Positions 1 to 13,108 of a stretch of 64,000 bases of DNA are shown here, piece after piece. The stretch comes from Botryllus schlosseri. Its lineage: Eukaryota. Location of the stretch: contig CM119371.1 of the NCBI GenBank assembly GCA_051294905.1, forward strand, positions 33,482,001-33,546,000, given 5' to 3'. The notes below the pieces were generated by a model. It searched no databases, was not told the DNA's origin, and saw nothing but the letters and a program-made list of their open reading frames with translations. The stretch's first letter is position 1. The number at the start of each line of letters is the position of its first letter. The position numbers were made by a program, and so were the translations under genes.

Positions 1-173
1 TTAGGGTTAGAGCAGAAATAAGTGACAATTTATCGTTATTCAAGTTACCGACACTGACGGTCTAATATTCGTTACTTATTAAATCTTACGAGTAAAATCA
101 AGTTCTGTGACAAACTGCTTACGAAAATTTCAACGTTTGAGCGATCGATGCCTGTAGCGCCAAGTCGCAAAAG

Positions 174-719
174 ATGGGTATGACCGAGACATTATGTTGT
201 CAGCGATTGCGGGGTTTTGCAAACTATTTCACACCTATTTGGAGTGTTAGCATGTTGTTGGTATTGGAATCGCCGTCTACGCCGGCTCTGTCTGAGATTA
301 ATGATATTCTCTATAACCACCCTGACACACAAAGTCTATATCTAGGGACTTATCCGATAGACCAGTTACCAAATAAACCAATTAGCGGAAAATTCGCTAT
401 CACCATTAATTACGACGAGTCGAGTTTGCCTCGGTCTCACTGGGTGTACAGAGATGACGATACTCATTTTCATGATTCGCTAGGTTTCGGACCGCTAAAA
501 CCTCAGATAATCGAATTCCTGGAGCCGGATGAATTTTCTGTGACTGGGAAACACCTACAGAGTAAAAATTCGGATGTGTGTGGAGATCATGCTATCGCAT
601 TCTTGATAAAAAGAGCTCAAGGGTTTTCCGCCGAGGAATACTTGGATAATTTTGGCGATGATAAAAAAGTGAATGATACGATTGTACGTGCTTTTGTGAA
701 GAGTTTGATTTCAGAGTAA
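174..719 (+). CDS. Adenovirus-type (adenain) cysteine protease, Polinton PRO-like; true start probably downstream of 174; possibly decayed
   Basis: Motifs GTYPIDQLP, INYDESSLPRSHWV (His), FHDSLG (Asp) and LQSKNSDVCG (Gln, Cys) occur in adenain order. AATAAA overlaps the stop codon. Confidence 0.8.
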   Translation: MGMTETLCCQRLRGFANYFTPIWSVSMLLVLESPSTPALSEINDILYNHPDTQSLYLGTYPIDQLPNKPISGKFAITINYDESSLPRSHWVYRDDDTHFHDSLGFGPLKPQIIEFLEPDEFSVTGKHLQSKNSDVCGDHAIAFLIKRAQGFSAEEYLDNFGDDKKVNDTIVRAFVKSLISE

Positions 720-892
720 TAAACGAATGTGTAAATGTGTATACTTGTGATTCTTGTTGCGAATGTGAACAGCAGACTATTCTGTAGGCGCGAAACAGCG
801 GTATGGAAGGTGCGAATAATCCGATCTGAAAGTCGGCGTGATATTCAGGTTACGTAGGAATCAATAGGCACAGTGCGAAAAGACGCCACGGT

Positions 893-1063
893 CTATATCC
901 ACAACGTTAGTTCACTACCAAACAAGCTATGGCAGGTCATCGCCGCAGCCTATATCCACAACGTTAGTTCACTACCAAACAAGCCATGGCAGGTCATCGC
1001 CGCAGCCTATATCCACAACGTTAGTTCACTACCAAACAAGCCATGGCAGGTCATCGCCGCAGC
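893..1063. repeat. Three tandem copies of a 57-bp unit in the Polinton subterminal region
   Basis: Unit CTATATCCACAACGTTAGTTCACTACCAAACAAGCCATGGCAGGTCATCGCCGCAGC. Shorter ACGTTAGTTCGCCACCCCGCCATAAG repeats follow at ~1210-1325. Confidence 0.95.
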
Positions 1064-1367
1064 CATAAGAACACATGGCACCTCACCAGCGGAAGGGGGG
1101 GGGTCAAAAGGGTGGGGTCATCACCCCGGGTTTTCAGGCACCTCACCAGCGGGCCCTATACTACCCCATGTTAAAAACACCAAGTCACGAGCGATCATAT
1201 ATACTACTAACGTTAGTTCGCCACCCCGCCATAAGACGAAAACGTTAGTTCGCCACCCCGCCATAAGACGAAAACGTTAGTTCGCCACCCCCGGTTTCTC
1301 GTTAGCTCGCCACCCCGCCATAAGCGCCCCAGGCACACCACGAGCGATCATAATAACTACTCCCACC

Positions 1368-1531
1368 TCTAGGCTTTTGTAAGACACCGCTGACGCGGAT
1401 GAGGTGGCGAGGAGGAGCCTAGGTAAACCTCCAACACTTGGGTATCGGAATTCGGAAGTCGACCTCGGTCGGACTCGAACCCACGCCCATTGGTGTTGAA
1501 GCCGCGGATTATACCACTGCGCTATCTCGCC
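1368..1531 (-). mobile_element. tRNA-derived SINE
   Basis: The minus strand has A box TAGCGCAGTGG and B box GGTTCGAGTCC, followed by a non-tRNA body. A diverged copy lies at ~61497-61660. Confidence 0.85.
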
Positions 1532-2791
1532 ACTGGACGACACGTTCGTTCATAATTGCGAATATAGTCAGACTCAATTCTATAAACTCGGCCCATTTTA
1601 AATTTTCAGGAAGGGGGACCAATACTGAAGCAAGCAATCGCGCGAAGTGCTAAGAAAAATGTCAAGTCTACTAAATCTGCCACGAAATATTCTACTTTAT
1701 CATCATATACAGAGATCTACAACAATTGTGACTGGCTCCTGGCTACGACAATGAGTCGAAACTGATAATTTAGTTATCAACATCCGAAATATTGTGGTCA
1801 GGCTAATCAAATTTTTGGTTTGTTTCGGAAGTTCACAATAGATCACCCCGGTAATTTATTTTTGATAATATCACTAATATATAATAGACTAATTTCAAGA
1901 ATGACCTTGCGGGACACTCAAAACCTTCTCGCGGGCCACGGGTTGGCCAACTCTGATGTATAACGTGCCTAGAATTGTATCGATGATTTTATATTATTGA
2001 ATATCATAAGAGAGGTAATTAGAAGCCAATGTTGTCTTCAGGAAACTCCTTTACGCTAAGGTTATCATATTTTGGAATCGGGAAAGGAATACACTTTTGG
2101 CAAATCGTGAAAGTTACTTAGTCGAAACCGATTTTGCAATATTTACAGGAAATGTTGTTGAGTTGACTAAAAAGGTCATCACTTTCATTCGACTCCTAAT
2201 TTGCCCACTTTTTACCTAAATTTAGTGGTGTTGACTGACAAAAAGGTCGTCACATTCGTTCGACTCGCGAATGGCCCGCTAGACGATTAGCAGTTGAACC
2301 CGACCATTATCCTAGCTGTAAATGAGGGCGAAATATCAAAAATGAAGACATTAGGTGTCCCCGATGACATTTTGAAAAAAAATGGAAAAAGGAGGGCGTG
2401 TGGTAACCCTACTTTGCGCCCCACATCATGTCAAAGTCTCAGGGGATAATTTTCTCATATGCCACTGGCTGCTTCCACACTTTAACCGAGTCTGCAGAAA
2501 GCAGCTGCCAATATCCGAGACATTAAGTAGGCTGAAACTAGGTTAACACACCAACGTAGGTACGCAAATAAGAGACAGCCTAATATGTTACGAAGTGAAA
2601 TAATATTAGTATCATAAAATATGCATACATTTGTCCACTGGTCTTTATCGCGGGAAGTGTTAAGAAAAATATCAACTCAAATCAACTTGGTTCAGGTCGA
2701 GAACCACTGCACCAAGGTATAAATGAAACGCAACATTTTAATGCAAATGAGGCTTGCACGTAGGCTCACATAGGATTCATAACCACTATGG

Positions 2792-3487
2792 CAGTGGTTC
2801 CCAACCTTTTTCGTCTCGTGCCCCCCTTGGCCGATATTTGAGGTAAAATTTCCCCCATATGAAAAAGTGGCCTGTGACTAAAAAATGGGCTTTTTAACGC
2901 TCAACCATTTGTTGACTGACCAATTGGTAGCCAAACAAATTTAGATATGTCTGAACTATGGCGAATGCGGACCGCACTAAACTTTGGTAAAGTACAGTCA
3001 AATTTGACCTGTTTTTTACCGGTCGGCTGACGAAAAATAAATTACCAAGTTCGCTTGCTATGGACTTTAGTTAAATCGATGAATTTGGTACGGTATATTT
3101 TTCACGTTAGCTCATATGTCGGCTTTAAAAGTTAAACAATTTCACTAGTGGCCTTGTGCTGAATTCGGCTTGACGTTTTCCTACTTAGTAGCAATTTGGT
3201 CGAGAGGCTGTCGCGGACCCAACGAAATCGTCTCGTGTAATATATAGGCTACGGAAGGCATTTGAACATACACCTAGCTTGAAATCCGCCAATGAAACAT
3301 ACAATTGTAAAGAACTAACTTCTACTTAACAGTTTGATACCATAAAAATCTAAAAACCTCGTGAACCCAGTGTGTCTTCCTATACAATGCCAAAGCCTGA
3401 TTTCCCCTAAAAAAATTAAGCCAGATTTCCCCCTAAAAGTTTCAAAATTCACCCAAGGGAGGAATTTACCCCGGTTGGGAACCACTG
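2792..3487. mobile_element. Non-autonomous hAT element
   Basis: TIR CAGTGGTTCCCAACC; 8-bp TSD CACTATGG/CACTACGG. Confidence 0.9.
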
Positions 3488-3784
3488 CACTACGGTATTC
3501 TGATTCAGATCCTGCTGTCGCGTGCTACCTTTAGGGTGTGAGTGCACACTCTTATTGCTGAGTGTGTACGACTCTATCACTGCGAAGAGTGATACGAACT
3601 TATTCCGGAACTACATTCTACTCTTCAAAATCCAAAGTGTAAAACCAAGTAATTTTACATAGAAACCTGTCCCAGCAGTACTGGAATTACTCCAACGAAA
3701 TAACTGCATACGTAAATAATGGGGCGTCTGGCAGAATATACTCGAGTTGGAAAACCAGAAAATTTTCAACTTTTACATATTGGA

Positions 3785-4360
3785 TCAGAATTAGACTTAC
3801 AGCTATACAGTTCTTCCAAACTAGACTAGAATTGAAATTATAACTACACAGTTTTTCCTAATTAGGCTAGAACTGAAATTATGACTACACAGTTTTCCCA
3901 AATTAGACTAAAATTAGAATTACAGCCATACAGTTTTTCGAAATTAGACTAGAATTGAAATTATAGCTACACATTTTCTCCAAATTAGACTAGAATTATA
4001 ATTATCACTACAGAGTTTTTACAAATCAGACTAGAATTAGAACATTCGCTACACAGTTTTTCCAAATTAAACTATAATTGAAATTATAACTACACAGGTT
4101 TTCCAAATTAGACAAGAATTGAAATTGTGACAACACAATATTTCCGAATTACACTCGAATTAAACTATCGCCACACATTAGACTGGAATTGAAATTATAG
4201 CTACACAATTTCTCCAACTTAGACTATAATTTGAATTATCGCTACACACTTTTTCCAAATTAGACTAGAATCCGAATTATCGCTACTCATGTTTCCAAAT
4301 TCCGCTATAATTGAAATTATGCCTGCAGATTTTTTTCCAAATTAGATTAGAATTAGAGTT
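3785..4360. repeat. Minisatellite, ~41-bp unit, roughly 14 diverged copies
   Basis: Consensus is approximately AAATTAGACTAGAATTGAAATTATAGCTACACAGTTTTTCC. There are no unique spacers. Confidence 0.9.
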
Positions 4361-4944
4361 ACTGAATTCACTAAAACGTGGAAATCGAATCAAATTCAGC
4401 TCATATCAAATCATTGTTCATACTCATCGGCGCGAGAATGGCAAATATGTACAGCAAGCTTGACTCGTCTCGCACTATGCAGTTCCTCTGTATCGTTTTG
4501 GGGAAAACGAGATGTTTGATTAGAATCATAATTAGCGCAAAGAAACATTTCACAAATTATATTAAAATTAGATTGCCTGCATTTATCTCTAATTAGTGTA
4601 ATTAGACAACAAGAATTATCTAATTGTCCATGTCTGTACTTGAGTACTCCGAAAAGTAGCAGCACATGGCTACTGATATTATCTGGATTTTGCAGTATAT
4701 GCATGAAGGTCGCGTATCCTTGGAATATCACTAATATATATCACTAAACAGAACTAGTCGTTTGGTATAGGCAAGCATACCAAAGCGCCACACACCTATA
4801 AATGCGTATCGAGGCAAATCGACTTCGCTGTATATTTAAATTAATCCAGGTATGCGTGTGTTGGTAATGCTTGGTATATTACTCACAACGATACCGCATC
4901 ACGGAAAAGTGAACTGCTTCCTTAAACTCAGCAATGGATCATAA

Positions 4945-5107
4945 TATAAGTTACGTCATTCGTCTGCGTGCGTGTGTGTGTACGCTCGGTTGCGCCGATG
5001 AAACTCGATACCGCCGACGCGAAGCCCTTTAAATCCAAACGGAAGTAAACAGCGAAGCTTATTATGTGGATTCACGCTCGAGACTAGGATATCACTACGA
5101 GGTAAAT
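4945..5107 (+). promoter_or_regulatory. Putative promoter/5' region of the SMUG1-like gene
   Basis: A CpG-rich stretch lies just upstream of the ATG, with CRE-like TTACGTCA (~4951) and ETS-like ACGGAAGT (~5039). Motif-level evidence only. Confidence 0.3.
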
Positions 5108-5190
5108 ATGGCGAAAGCTAGTTATGATGAGGCTGACAGTCTACTACAGTCTGCAGCTGACAAGCTACAAGTGTCCGGCGGAGAAAAAAG
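5108..5190 (+). CDS. SMUG1: SMUG1-like DNA glycosylase, coding exon 1 (MAKASYDEADSLLQSAADKLQVSGGEK)
   Basis: ATG at 5108, donor AG|GTGAAT. Phase 2 matches the acceptor at 7962. This exon has no homology support of its own. Confidence 0.65.
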
Positions 5191-7962
5191 GTGAATACGT
5201 GTTGTAATAAACTTGACACGGTTCATGGTTGTCTCATTAGAAGACTGTATCATATAGTCTAGGGATGCGAACAGGACGAAGTAGTTTTGGTAGTCACAAC
5301 CTGATTCATATGCCTAAATCCGAAGCAAATCGGCAAAAATGTTGACTGTTTTTGACTGCAATCACTCTCCATTCCCGGACAGTAGGGCTGGGTCGAGCAG
5401 TGAAAGATAATTTTGTCGAGTGCTTAAATTATCCGCCAATACGAGTCAATACATCACTAACAATTAGTTTCGATAGAATTCGATAGAATTTTCCAATAAG
5501 GAAGCTATATAAAGCCATGGTTGCTCGTACGTATTTATATTTTTTCTGCTCCCATATTCGAAGTTATTTGACCATGAGATTAGTAGCCTACTGTCAAATT
5601 CAAAATGTCCATAGTAGCTGCAAAAGTATAACCCGATAGCTTTTATGATGCCATCATACATTTGTCCGTGCATATGGTGTCTATATCTTATATTTGATAT
5701 ATATATATATATATATCTATATACATGCATGCTTGCATTCAGGCGATTTCTACTGAATGAGTACTAGTCAGCCTGCAATACTACCTGACCATGATCTAAT
5801 ACAGTGGTTCTCAGCCTTTTCCGACTCAGTCTCAATATCTCAATCAATCTCGATATACATATACGAATCCGAAAATGAGATCGATATTTCCCTTGCATCG
5901 CAATCTTGTGATGTTTTGATCCGATGAAAATTTCCATAAGCCGACCATGAGGCAATGATAAGACATGATACCAAGCAAATTCAAGACCAGGGTTCTTGAA
6001 CTTTTTTGATCGTGGGCCCCTTCAAGTTTTGGTAGTTTCAGAAGCTGATGTCTAGAATACACGAAACCGTCATCAAATGAAACTCAACTCTATTCAGGTT
6101 ATTCCCTGTCTAAAATAAGCTAAGTACTTGACAAGGCAGTCAGAGTCCCTGTCAAGGCGTCATTACCCAAGGATAATAATATGAATTTGTAGTTTCTTAG
6201 TGATGTAGTTTAACATTGCCCTCTCACAGACCCCGAACTCTAACGCAGTCCGTGGACGTCAGTTCAATAAACCCTGCACTAGACAGATTAATTGCCAGAA
6301 TTTCACCAGTCAATCTCGCATCGCGATTACGATAGGACTGTATTACTGGAAGGTCAAGACCAGCAATAGTCCTGTATCTCGACTAGCAATATTTTCCCAT
6401 TAAGCCGAAATTTATATTGCAGCATATATAAAAAATACGATATGTAGCCTATGTCTATTGAAGGTCATTCATTTATACATATTTCGTATTTAAGTCGTTT
6501 AAATACATATTATATTCAAACTCATTGATATCACAAGCAGCCAAATAATTCTCGACAATTAACATTTAAAAGTTGAAATATAAGATCGACAAGAAAGGAT
6601 TTAATTCGCGGAAGGTTAGCGCCGACGGACTTTTGTGGAAGATTTTGCGCTCCAGTACCCTCGTAACATTGTGCTTGTTAATCGGACGACTTTTCATAAT
6701 TGAGAGACTTCGGTTGATCGTAGCCGGTAGTGCGGTCAAGGCAAGGATAATATTGAAAGACATGACCTATGTATAGTATATGTACGGCATATTTGAAAGT
6801 ATGTGCAAATTAGGACCTTTTCTCCAAACAGCGGTCCAGGCCCGGATCGGGATTCGAGTCGTAGGACCACACCTTTCGAACATGATTGCAGTATCGAAAT
6901 ATTATTTATTTCGTCTTTCAGTTTGTTATCGAATGGAGCATAACGACGAAGAACATTAACTTATTTCATAAAACGTTCTTGTTACCGATTATCGAATTGC
7001 AAAGCCATAGTTAACAAAATATCGTCGGTGCTTGGTTTGAACAGCCATTGAAAATATGGCACAACGTGATCCTGTTGCAGACATTTCCGTTCAATTTGGA
7101 GGACTTGGTATAAGAAGGTGATTATTGCACTGTATTGTTTATGCATGAAATTTACACTAGGGATGCGCTTATCGCCCACTGGTAACTATTGCACCATACG
7201 TATTCATTTATGACAGTATATTTCCCAATATTAGATAAAATGCCAATTAAAGTTCATAAGGGGTCTCTGATCGCCTATATGTATCGCCTGATTCCGTCTC
7301 ACGTAGCCCAAGTCTAAAAGTTATGGATTTCAGCCTACGCTACATTGTCCCGTTTACCGTCGAATATATTAACCGATTGTGACATAATTACATCGTTTTA
7401 AAAAAGGCTGAATGTCTCTGGGGCATTTATTTAAAGAATTTTTAAAACAGGTGTGATTCAAAACACGGCCCACTTATAATTCAATTCTATACAGGCCCCT
7501 ACAACCGTTTTGCTCCCGACATCATGCATATGAAAAATGAGTATTTACTGCAAAAGAGTCAATCGTGTGGCAACGTCACATATATAACAAGTGGTGTGTG
7601 ACAATTTGTATCGAAGTTTCGACTTCGAGTATACAGGGACAGAAATTGATTTGAAATCACTCTGAGTTGAATTCATTTCCTGGTACAATTTACATGCTCA
7701 TACTGTGATGCTGCGTTGCATACCTTCACGAAAATGAGTGGTGAGTCAGATGAATAAGGTTTGCGATAGGCAGGTTATGCAAGCACGTCTCCGAAATTAT
7801 TAAAATAATTTAGAAAAATTCAATGAAAAAGAATCATTAATACAAATATCCATGAACCTCCGGGTGGATCCATGGAATGTCACCGTAGCGGATTAAACGT
7901 AAATTCAGATTCAGAATAGCATCCACCTTCAGAGATTTATGATGGATATGTCATTTCAACAG

Positions 7963-8218
7963 TTACAGTGTCAAAAACGAGTACAAGAAAATTATGAAGC
8001 AGCTCAAGGATGACTTCGAAGAAATATTACGAGATCAGCGCAATCAGGCGGATGGAAGTTTAAAACAAGAAATCTCCGGTCAAAAAATTCCTCTCATGTA
8101 CATCGTTAACACTTTAAAGTACGCTTGGCGACAACACGAACTGTACATCGAGCAGATGCCTTCTGACGTAACCGTTCTATTTGTTGGAATGAATCCTGCG
8201 CCGGATACCCCTTCTGGC
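7963..8218 (+). CDS. SMUG1: SMUG1-like exon 2 (...YIVNTLKYAWRQHELYIEQMPSDVTVLFVGMNPAPDTPSG)
   Basis: Acceptor TTTCAACAG, donor GTAAGT. The sequence aligns with SMUG1 IYNPVEYAWEPH...VLFLGMNPGP. Confidence 0.92.
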
Positions 8219-8990
8219 GTAAGTACACCATAATTACAGAGCATCAATATGAAAAAAGACTCTCGTCCATGCGGAGTATATCTCACAAGAATCATTTGCT
8301 CTTGCCCGAGCTTTAATGACAGTATATAGATTAGGGCAGATTGTCTCATTTTTAGCCGGAGCCGGTTCGTATCCAAATCAGTACTTTTTTGTGATACGAC
8401 CGGAGTCGGATCGGAGCCGGATCAGTCCTTTTCACTGAGAATAGGGCAGCGCTACCCTCTATCACTCTCGACTCAATAGTTAAAGTAAAACGTTCACGAA
8501 AAAAAAACATGCTAAGTCCAAGTTGGCATATTTATTTCAGAATAGTGTTGGCTTTATCTTTGAGTTTTTAATTTCGTGTTTGCATTATTTCAATCAATAT
8601 TTAATGTCATCCTGTGAGTAGATATATATTATCGGAGTTTTTCGGACCGGATCTTATAGTCATTTCTAGAATCCGACCTAGGAGTCGTACCAGAGCTTCA
8701 AAAAACAGGAGCGGGTAGGACCAGACAGTTTGTCGATCCGCTCCGGACTTGATCATAGCCGACGGCCTTGTTTGAATTCAGTTTGTGGATGGCTACTGCT
8801 ATTTCGAAGTGATTCGTAGGCTCGAGCATAACAGAAGGAGATCTTACCTCCGACATGACCGACGCAGGTTTCCTAATAGAAAAGGCAATAGTAGGACCTA
8901 CGTTAAAAAATATTCATTGAAGTGATTCGCGATGACAGTACGGTCTGAAAGTTTTTATTTGCGGATCTGATGTAAGTGAGAGTTGAGTGT

Positions 8991-11350
8991 AGTAGTATTG
9001 ATCGCTCTAGACCAGCCTAGGCGAGACTCGTGTTAGTGAAGGTACCCTTTTACACCCCCATGTGGTGGTGACCTGTCATGTGTTCTTATGGGTGCGGCTG
9101 TGATGCCTTCCTGTAAGGCAGTGGTTCCCAACCTTTTTCCACCCACGTACCATTTTGACGTTTTATGCAGTGCTCGCGTACCACCTATATAAGTTACTCG
9201 CGTTTCCACCATTTATGACGTCATATTCACGTATTTGGCCTATGCGAGGTGTATTAGGCCAGGGATGTCAAACATACGGCCCGTGGGCCGGAACCAGCCC
9301 CCCCAGACGATTTTATCCGGCCCGCATAGCAATTCTGAGTACATTGAAAAATGATTATATCATCCATCACATCCACATTAATAAACCAAATTACAACGTC
9401 CGCGTTGACAGTTAAATATCTTGTATTCATCACAACGCATACGCAGGGCTAACGCCAGATTATGACTAACGCAGGGGTGACCAACCTTTTTGCCATTCAC
9501 GGCCGCATTCCGACCACTGGTGTAGCCTACGGCCGTATTCCAGGACATAGTCGTAATGATCGAGCTGGACGCCAAATACCCGGGTCAAAGTGTCTATGTC
9601 CATTTCTGGTGAACTCCGGACTAATCTATTTAATAATAGGCTTACTATGCGCACCAAAATCGCGAGTGGTCACTGGTAATGTTAAGGAAGTAAGTGCTCA
9701 TAGCCGCGCGAGGCGCGAGAAAAATTCAGATTCACCAATGAATTTCGTCATTGATATTAGTAGTTTTACATATTACCATGAAACATTTATCCTTTCTCAT
9801 CCCGTGTGATCAGATTCACTGGTATAGAGTTGAGGTAGGGGTGTTTTCGAAAATTTCAAGCAAGTTATAAATTATGATGCATCTTTGGGTGGGCCAATAG
9901 GTATTAGTCACTTTGTAGCATGCTGTTATTTCTGGGCCTCCCATCATGATTGTTAGTATAGTGAGGAGCACACGATTCCGAGCTGATATTTCTATGTGAG
10001 GCGCATCATTTTCACTGATGTTTGCATCTGTATTGTGGGGCTCTGATTGCACAGGGTGCTACTATATTACAATCGAAAAACGTTGTTGCATTGAATCGCG
10101 CCCAGCGCGAAGAAAATTTCAAGATTAATTAAAATCTTTCAAGAAATCGGGATTCAGTTCGTAAATTCGAATTGCATGTCGACGGCCACCAACACATACT
10201 AATTGAATTCCGTGTCTACGGCCGCAGGTTGGCCACTCCTGGACCAAAGCAAAGGGAACACTGAAATATGACTACTTGTATCGCCGGTAATGCCATTGTT
10301 TTAGCGGTTCTTAACTGTATTCAACCGGACAAACATCGTATTTTCGACAATTTCATTGCTCGCAAATAATGGTGTTGCGACTCGCTAGAATGAAACCCCT
10401 ACGGTCCGTGTATTATCTATATATGCTTGATAATAAAGTATTCCAGCGAGAAGCAATGGCACGAGGCAACATTTTGGATTCCGTTGACTGGTCCGGCCCG
10501 CGAGCGATTTCATGACTTCGATCCGACCCGCGATGCAATTTGAGTTTGACACCTCCGAACTAGGCATTATCAGCCAGGGTTGAGGGAATGTATTGAGATG
10601 TAATTGTTTTTTTTCACCACCAGTCACAATAAGAACAACATAATGAAATAAAAACACACAACAAAAGTCAATTTATTAATTTCGATGACTGCATTTGCTT
10701 ATTTTCCACTATAGCATGTCGATGCGTGGCATATGTTTGCTTACAGCGCATCGAAAGTCATGTATGGGCGCAACAAGTCGGTTTCGTTTTTTCGACTTGG
10801 TAGTCATCAGGGATGAAAATCCTTGCTCGCATTCCCACGTATAAGGGAAAATTAGCAGCTGGGGAATAGCGTGAGACGACGGCTTCAAAAAACTCAAAAT
10901 CAACCTCACCTGAACTAATTACTCCCTTCGGTCGAAAAAAGCAGAATCTACTCGCGTACCACCTGGAAGACCTTCGCGTACCACTAGTGGTACGCGTACC
11001 ACAGGTTGGGAACCACTGCTGTAAGGTATAGGTTGTGGTGATGAGATACTGTGAAAACCCGTGTTGGTGACCTCACCCTTTCGGCAGAGGCTGTGGTGAT
11101 GACCTGCCATGGATGCTTGTGTGGTAGTGAACTAACGTATCAGGTATAGCGATCTCTGCTGAAGTGGTGCTGTAAATTTATCAAGTTTAGAAACAGTGAC
11201 GTCATTACCATGATTGTTCAAAATCATTATATATGAACGGTTAGAGTTAATCCTAACGCTTACGGTGAGTGTGATACCAATATTCATATTCTTATGGTTG
11301 CAGTCGCGAACTAACGCTTATTCAAATAGGTGTGAAATAGTTTGCAAAAT
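8991..11350 (-). mobile_element. Inverted non-coding relic of the Polinton-like end, interrupted by nested hATs
   Basis: Starts AGTAGTATTGATCGCTC. The segments CATGTGTTCTTATGG, GATGACCTGCCATGG...GGTAGTGAACTAACGT and CAAATAGGTGTGAAATAGTTTGCAAAA are reverse complements of sequence within 215-1361. Confidence 0.75.
9119..11018 (-). mobile_element. Deleted hAT (Charlie/Buster-type) element carrying two nested hATs (9260-10557, 9472-10241)
   Basis: TIR CAGTGGTTCCCAACCT, perfect TSD CTGTAAGG. A C-terminal dimerisation remnant, FPYTWECEQGFSSLMTTKSKKRNRL, lies at 10709-10909 on the minus strand. Confidence 0.9.
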
Positions 11351-11419
11351 CTCATGTGGTTTGGTGTTACACCCCCCCCCGCACTTATCGTCATTTAAAA
11401 AAGAGCACATCATCTAATG

Positions 11420-11867
11420 CAGTTGTGGGCAACCTTTTTGCTAATCACGGCCGCATTTCGACGACTTATGTAGCCTAAGGCCGCATTCCAGACCATAGCC
11501 GTTATGGGCTAACTGGTCGCAAAATAGCTATGTATGTATGCATGTATGTATCGGTAGTGGAAATAGTGGAAATACATTGAAATCGCCGAAATATACCATA
11601 AACAAATTTCTTTCGTGAGGAGCACACGATTCCGATTCCGGCTCAGATTGAGAAGGACGCTACTATATTTAAAATCGAAAAAATCAAATAATGTTAAATT
11701 AAGCGGAGCGCGAAAAAAAAATTCAAGATTATTTAAAATCTCTCCAAAATTCGGGAGGGAATTCGTGATTTCAATTTGCATGTCGACGGCCGCCAATACA
11801 TACTAATTGAATTAGGTGTTGATGACCGCATAAATTCCCTTTTGCGGCCGCAGGTTGCCCATCCCTG
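11420..11867. mobile_element. Non-autonomous hAT, same family as 9472-10241 and ~48099-49271
   Basis: TIR CAG..(G/A)TGGGCAACC, TSD ATCTAATG/ATCTAATA, shared internal GGCCGCATTCCAG motif. Confidence 0.8.
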
Positions 11868-13108
11868 ATCTAATATTATACTTATGGCATATCTGACGCC
11901 AAGTTTGAATCCGCATTCCAGTTATAGAGTCTTTAACATTTCTGACGAATTTCCTCAAACTTGTTTGAAAATAACAAAAAACATTGAACAGGACATCAAT
12001 TTAGTTCAAGGTAGGTTGCACTGAGACTAATCCTAATGCTAGTAGTGACTATAGATAGCACGGTGTCGTTCTGTACTGCCATGCTTAATTTGATCAGATT
12101 TGGAATTAAATTGTCTTGATTTAGGGTATCCTAATCGAGAGCGAAACCGGGTAAACTATGTTGCATCTAAGTCTGTCTTAAGCAGTGCAGTTCGCCAGCT
12201 ATTAACAACAGCTACCCCTCAAACCGATCTTTAGGCTACTGCCAAAGATATGAAGTAATTAAATCTTCAAAGAACATCAAACATTTGCTCACATAAACCA
12301 ATGATGATGAAGTTGAAATTAAGTTGAAATCCGTTGAGCGCGATTGCTGGAGTTTCAATTTGGCGAGCTTTCTCGAACACGAAATAAGTTTCATCTTCAA
12401 CAATCGTCTTCTCAGAATGGTTGTGAAACATATGTTTAGTAAAAATTCATACAGACTTTGTCAATTTTTCACGCCCCCTCCTGAGAGCCTCATGTGCCCC
12501 CCCCCCCCGCTCCAAGGGGGACGCGCCCCCCAGGTTGAGAACCACTGCTCAAAAGAGTCAATCACAAAAAACATTCACAATTAATAAATCCGATTTCACT
12601 TACCTGATTATATCACTACAACTTGTAAATTTGAATAAAACACTCTCATCGTAATCATATGACCGATCTTTTGTTTATATATTTTTTATTCACCTGTAAA
12701 ATTCGTTACTCTTCAGAAAGACAAAATAATTACTACTCGGTATATTCTGTAAGACAAAGTAATGACTACTCGATTCACGCGACTTGACATAAACATGTTA
12801 TGTTTTGAGTACATGAGATTTAAATACCCGGTCAAATATTGGCTGAGAATTAATTTATCACAAATGAATCCGTATATTAATCACAGTGTACAAGACATAA
12901 TAATGTCAGCATGTGGCGACACCATGCGGCACCACCACTGCGGTCATCGAAGCGTACAGTGCGTTCGTTTATTTTCATGTCGCTTTATATATAAAGCCGT
13001 TGATTGTGCTTTTGTTCAGTTCGCTCAAGTGCTGCTTACAATAAACTTGTTGCCCACTTAACTGGTGACCCCGCGATCCAGAGAATTCTGGATAGTTCAC
13101 GCAGCAAA

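Larger units (their letters stand above)
1..1361 (+). mobile_element. Right end of a Polinton/Maverick-like element (runs off the window start)
   Basis: An adenain-like protease ORF is followed by subterminal tandem repeats. The segment ends in ...GATCATAATAACTACT, i.e. AGTAGT on the minus strand, the usual Polinton terminus. The other end and the TSD are not in the window. Confidence 0.7.

Noticed and set aside
1..10. TTAGGGTTAG as telomeric repeat
   Set aside because: Fewer than two units are visible.
873..1280. 135-aa repetitive ORF
   Set aside because: It arises from a 57-bp (multiple of 3) tandem repeat in subterminal DNA and starts with GTG.
1455..1531. tRNA gene
   Set aside because: A and B boxes are present but there is no proper acceptor stem. 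It continues into a body shared with other copies, so it is a SINE.
3785..4360. Regular ~41-bp array as a CRISPR array
   Set aside because: The units are contiguous diverged repeats with no unique spacers, there are no cas genes, and the context is eukaryotic.
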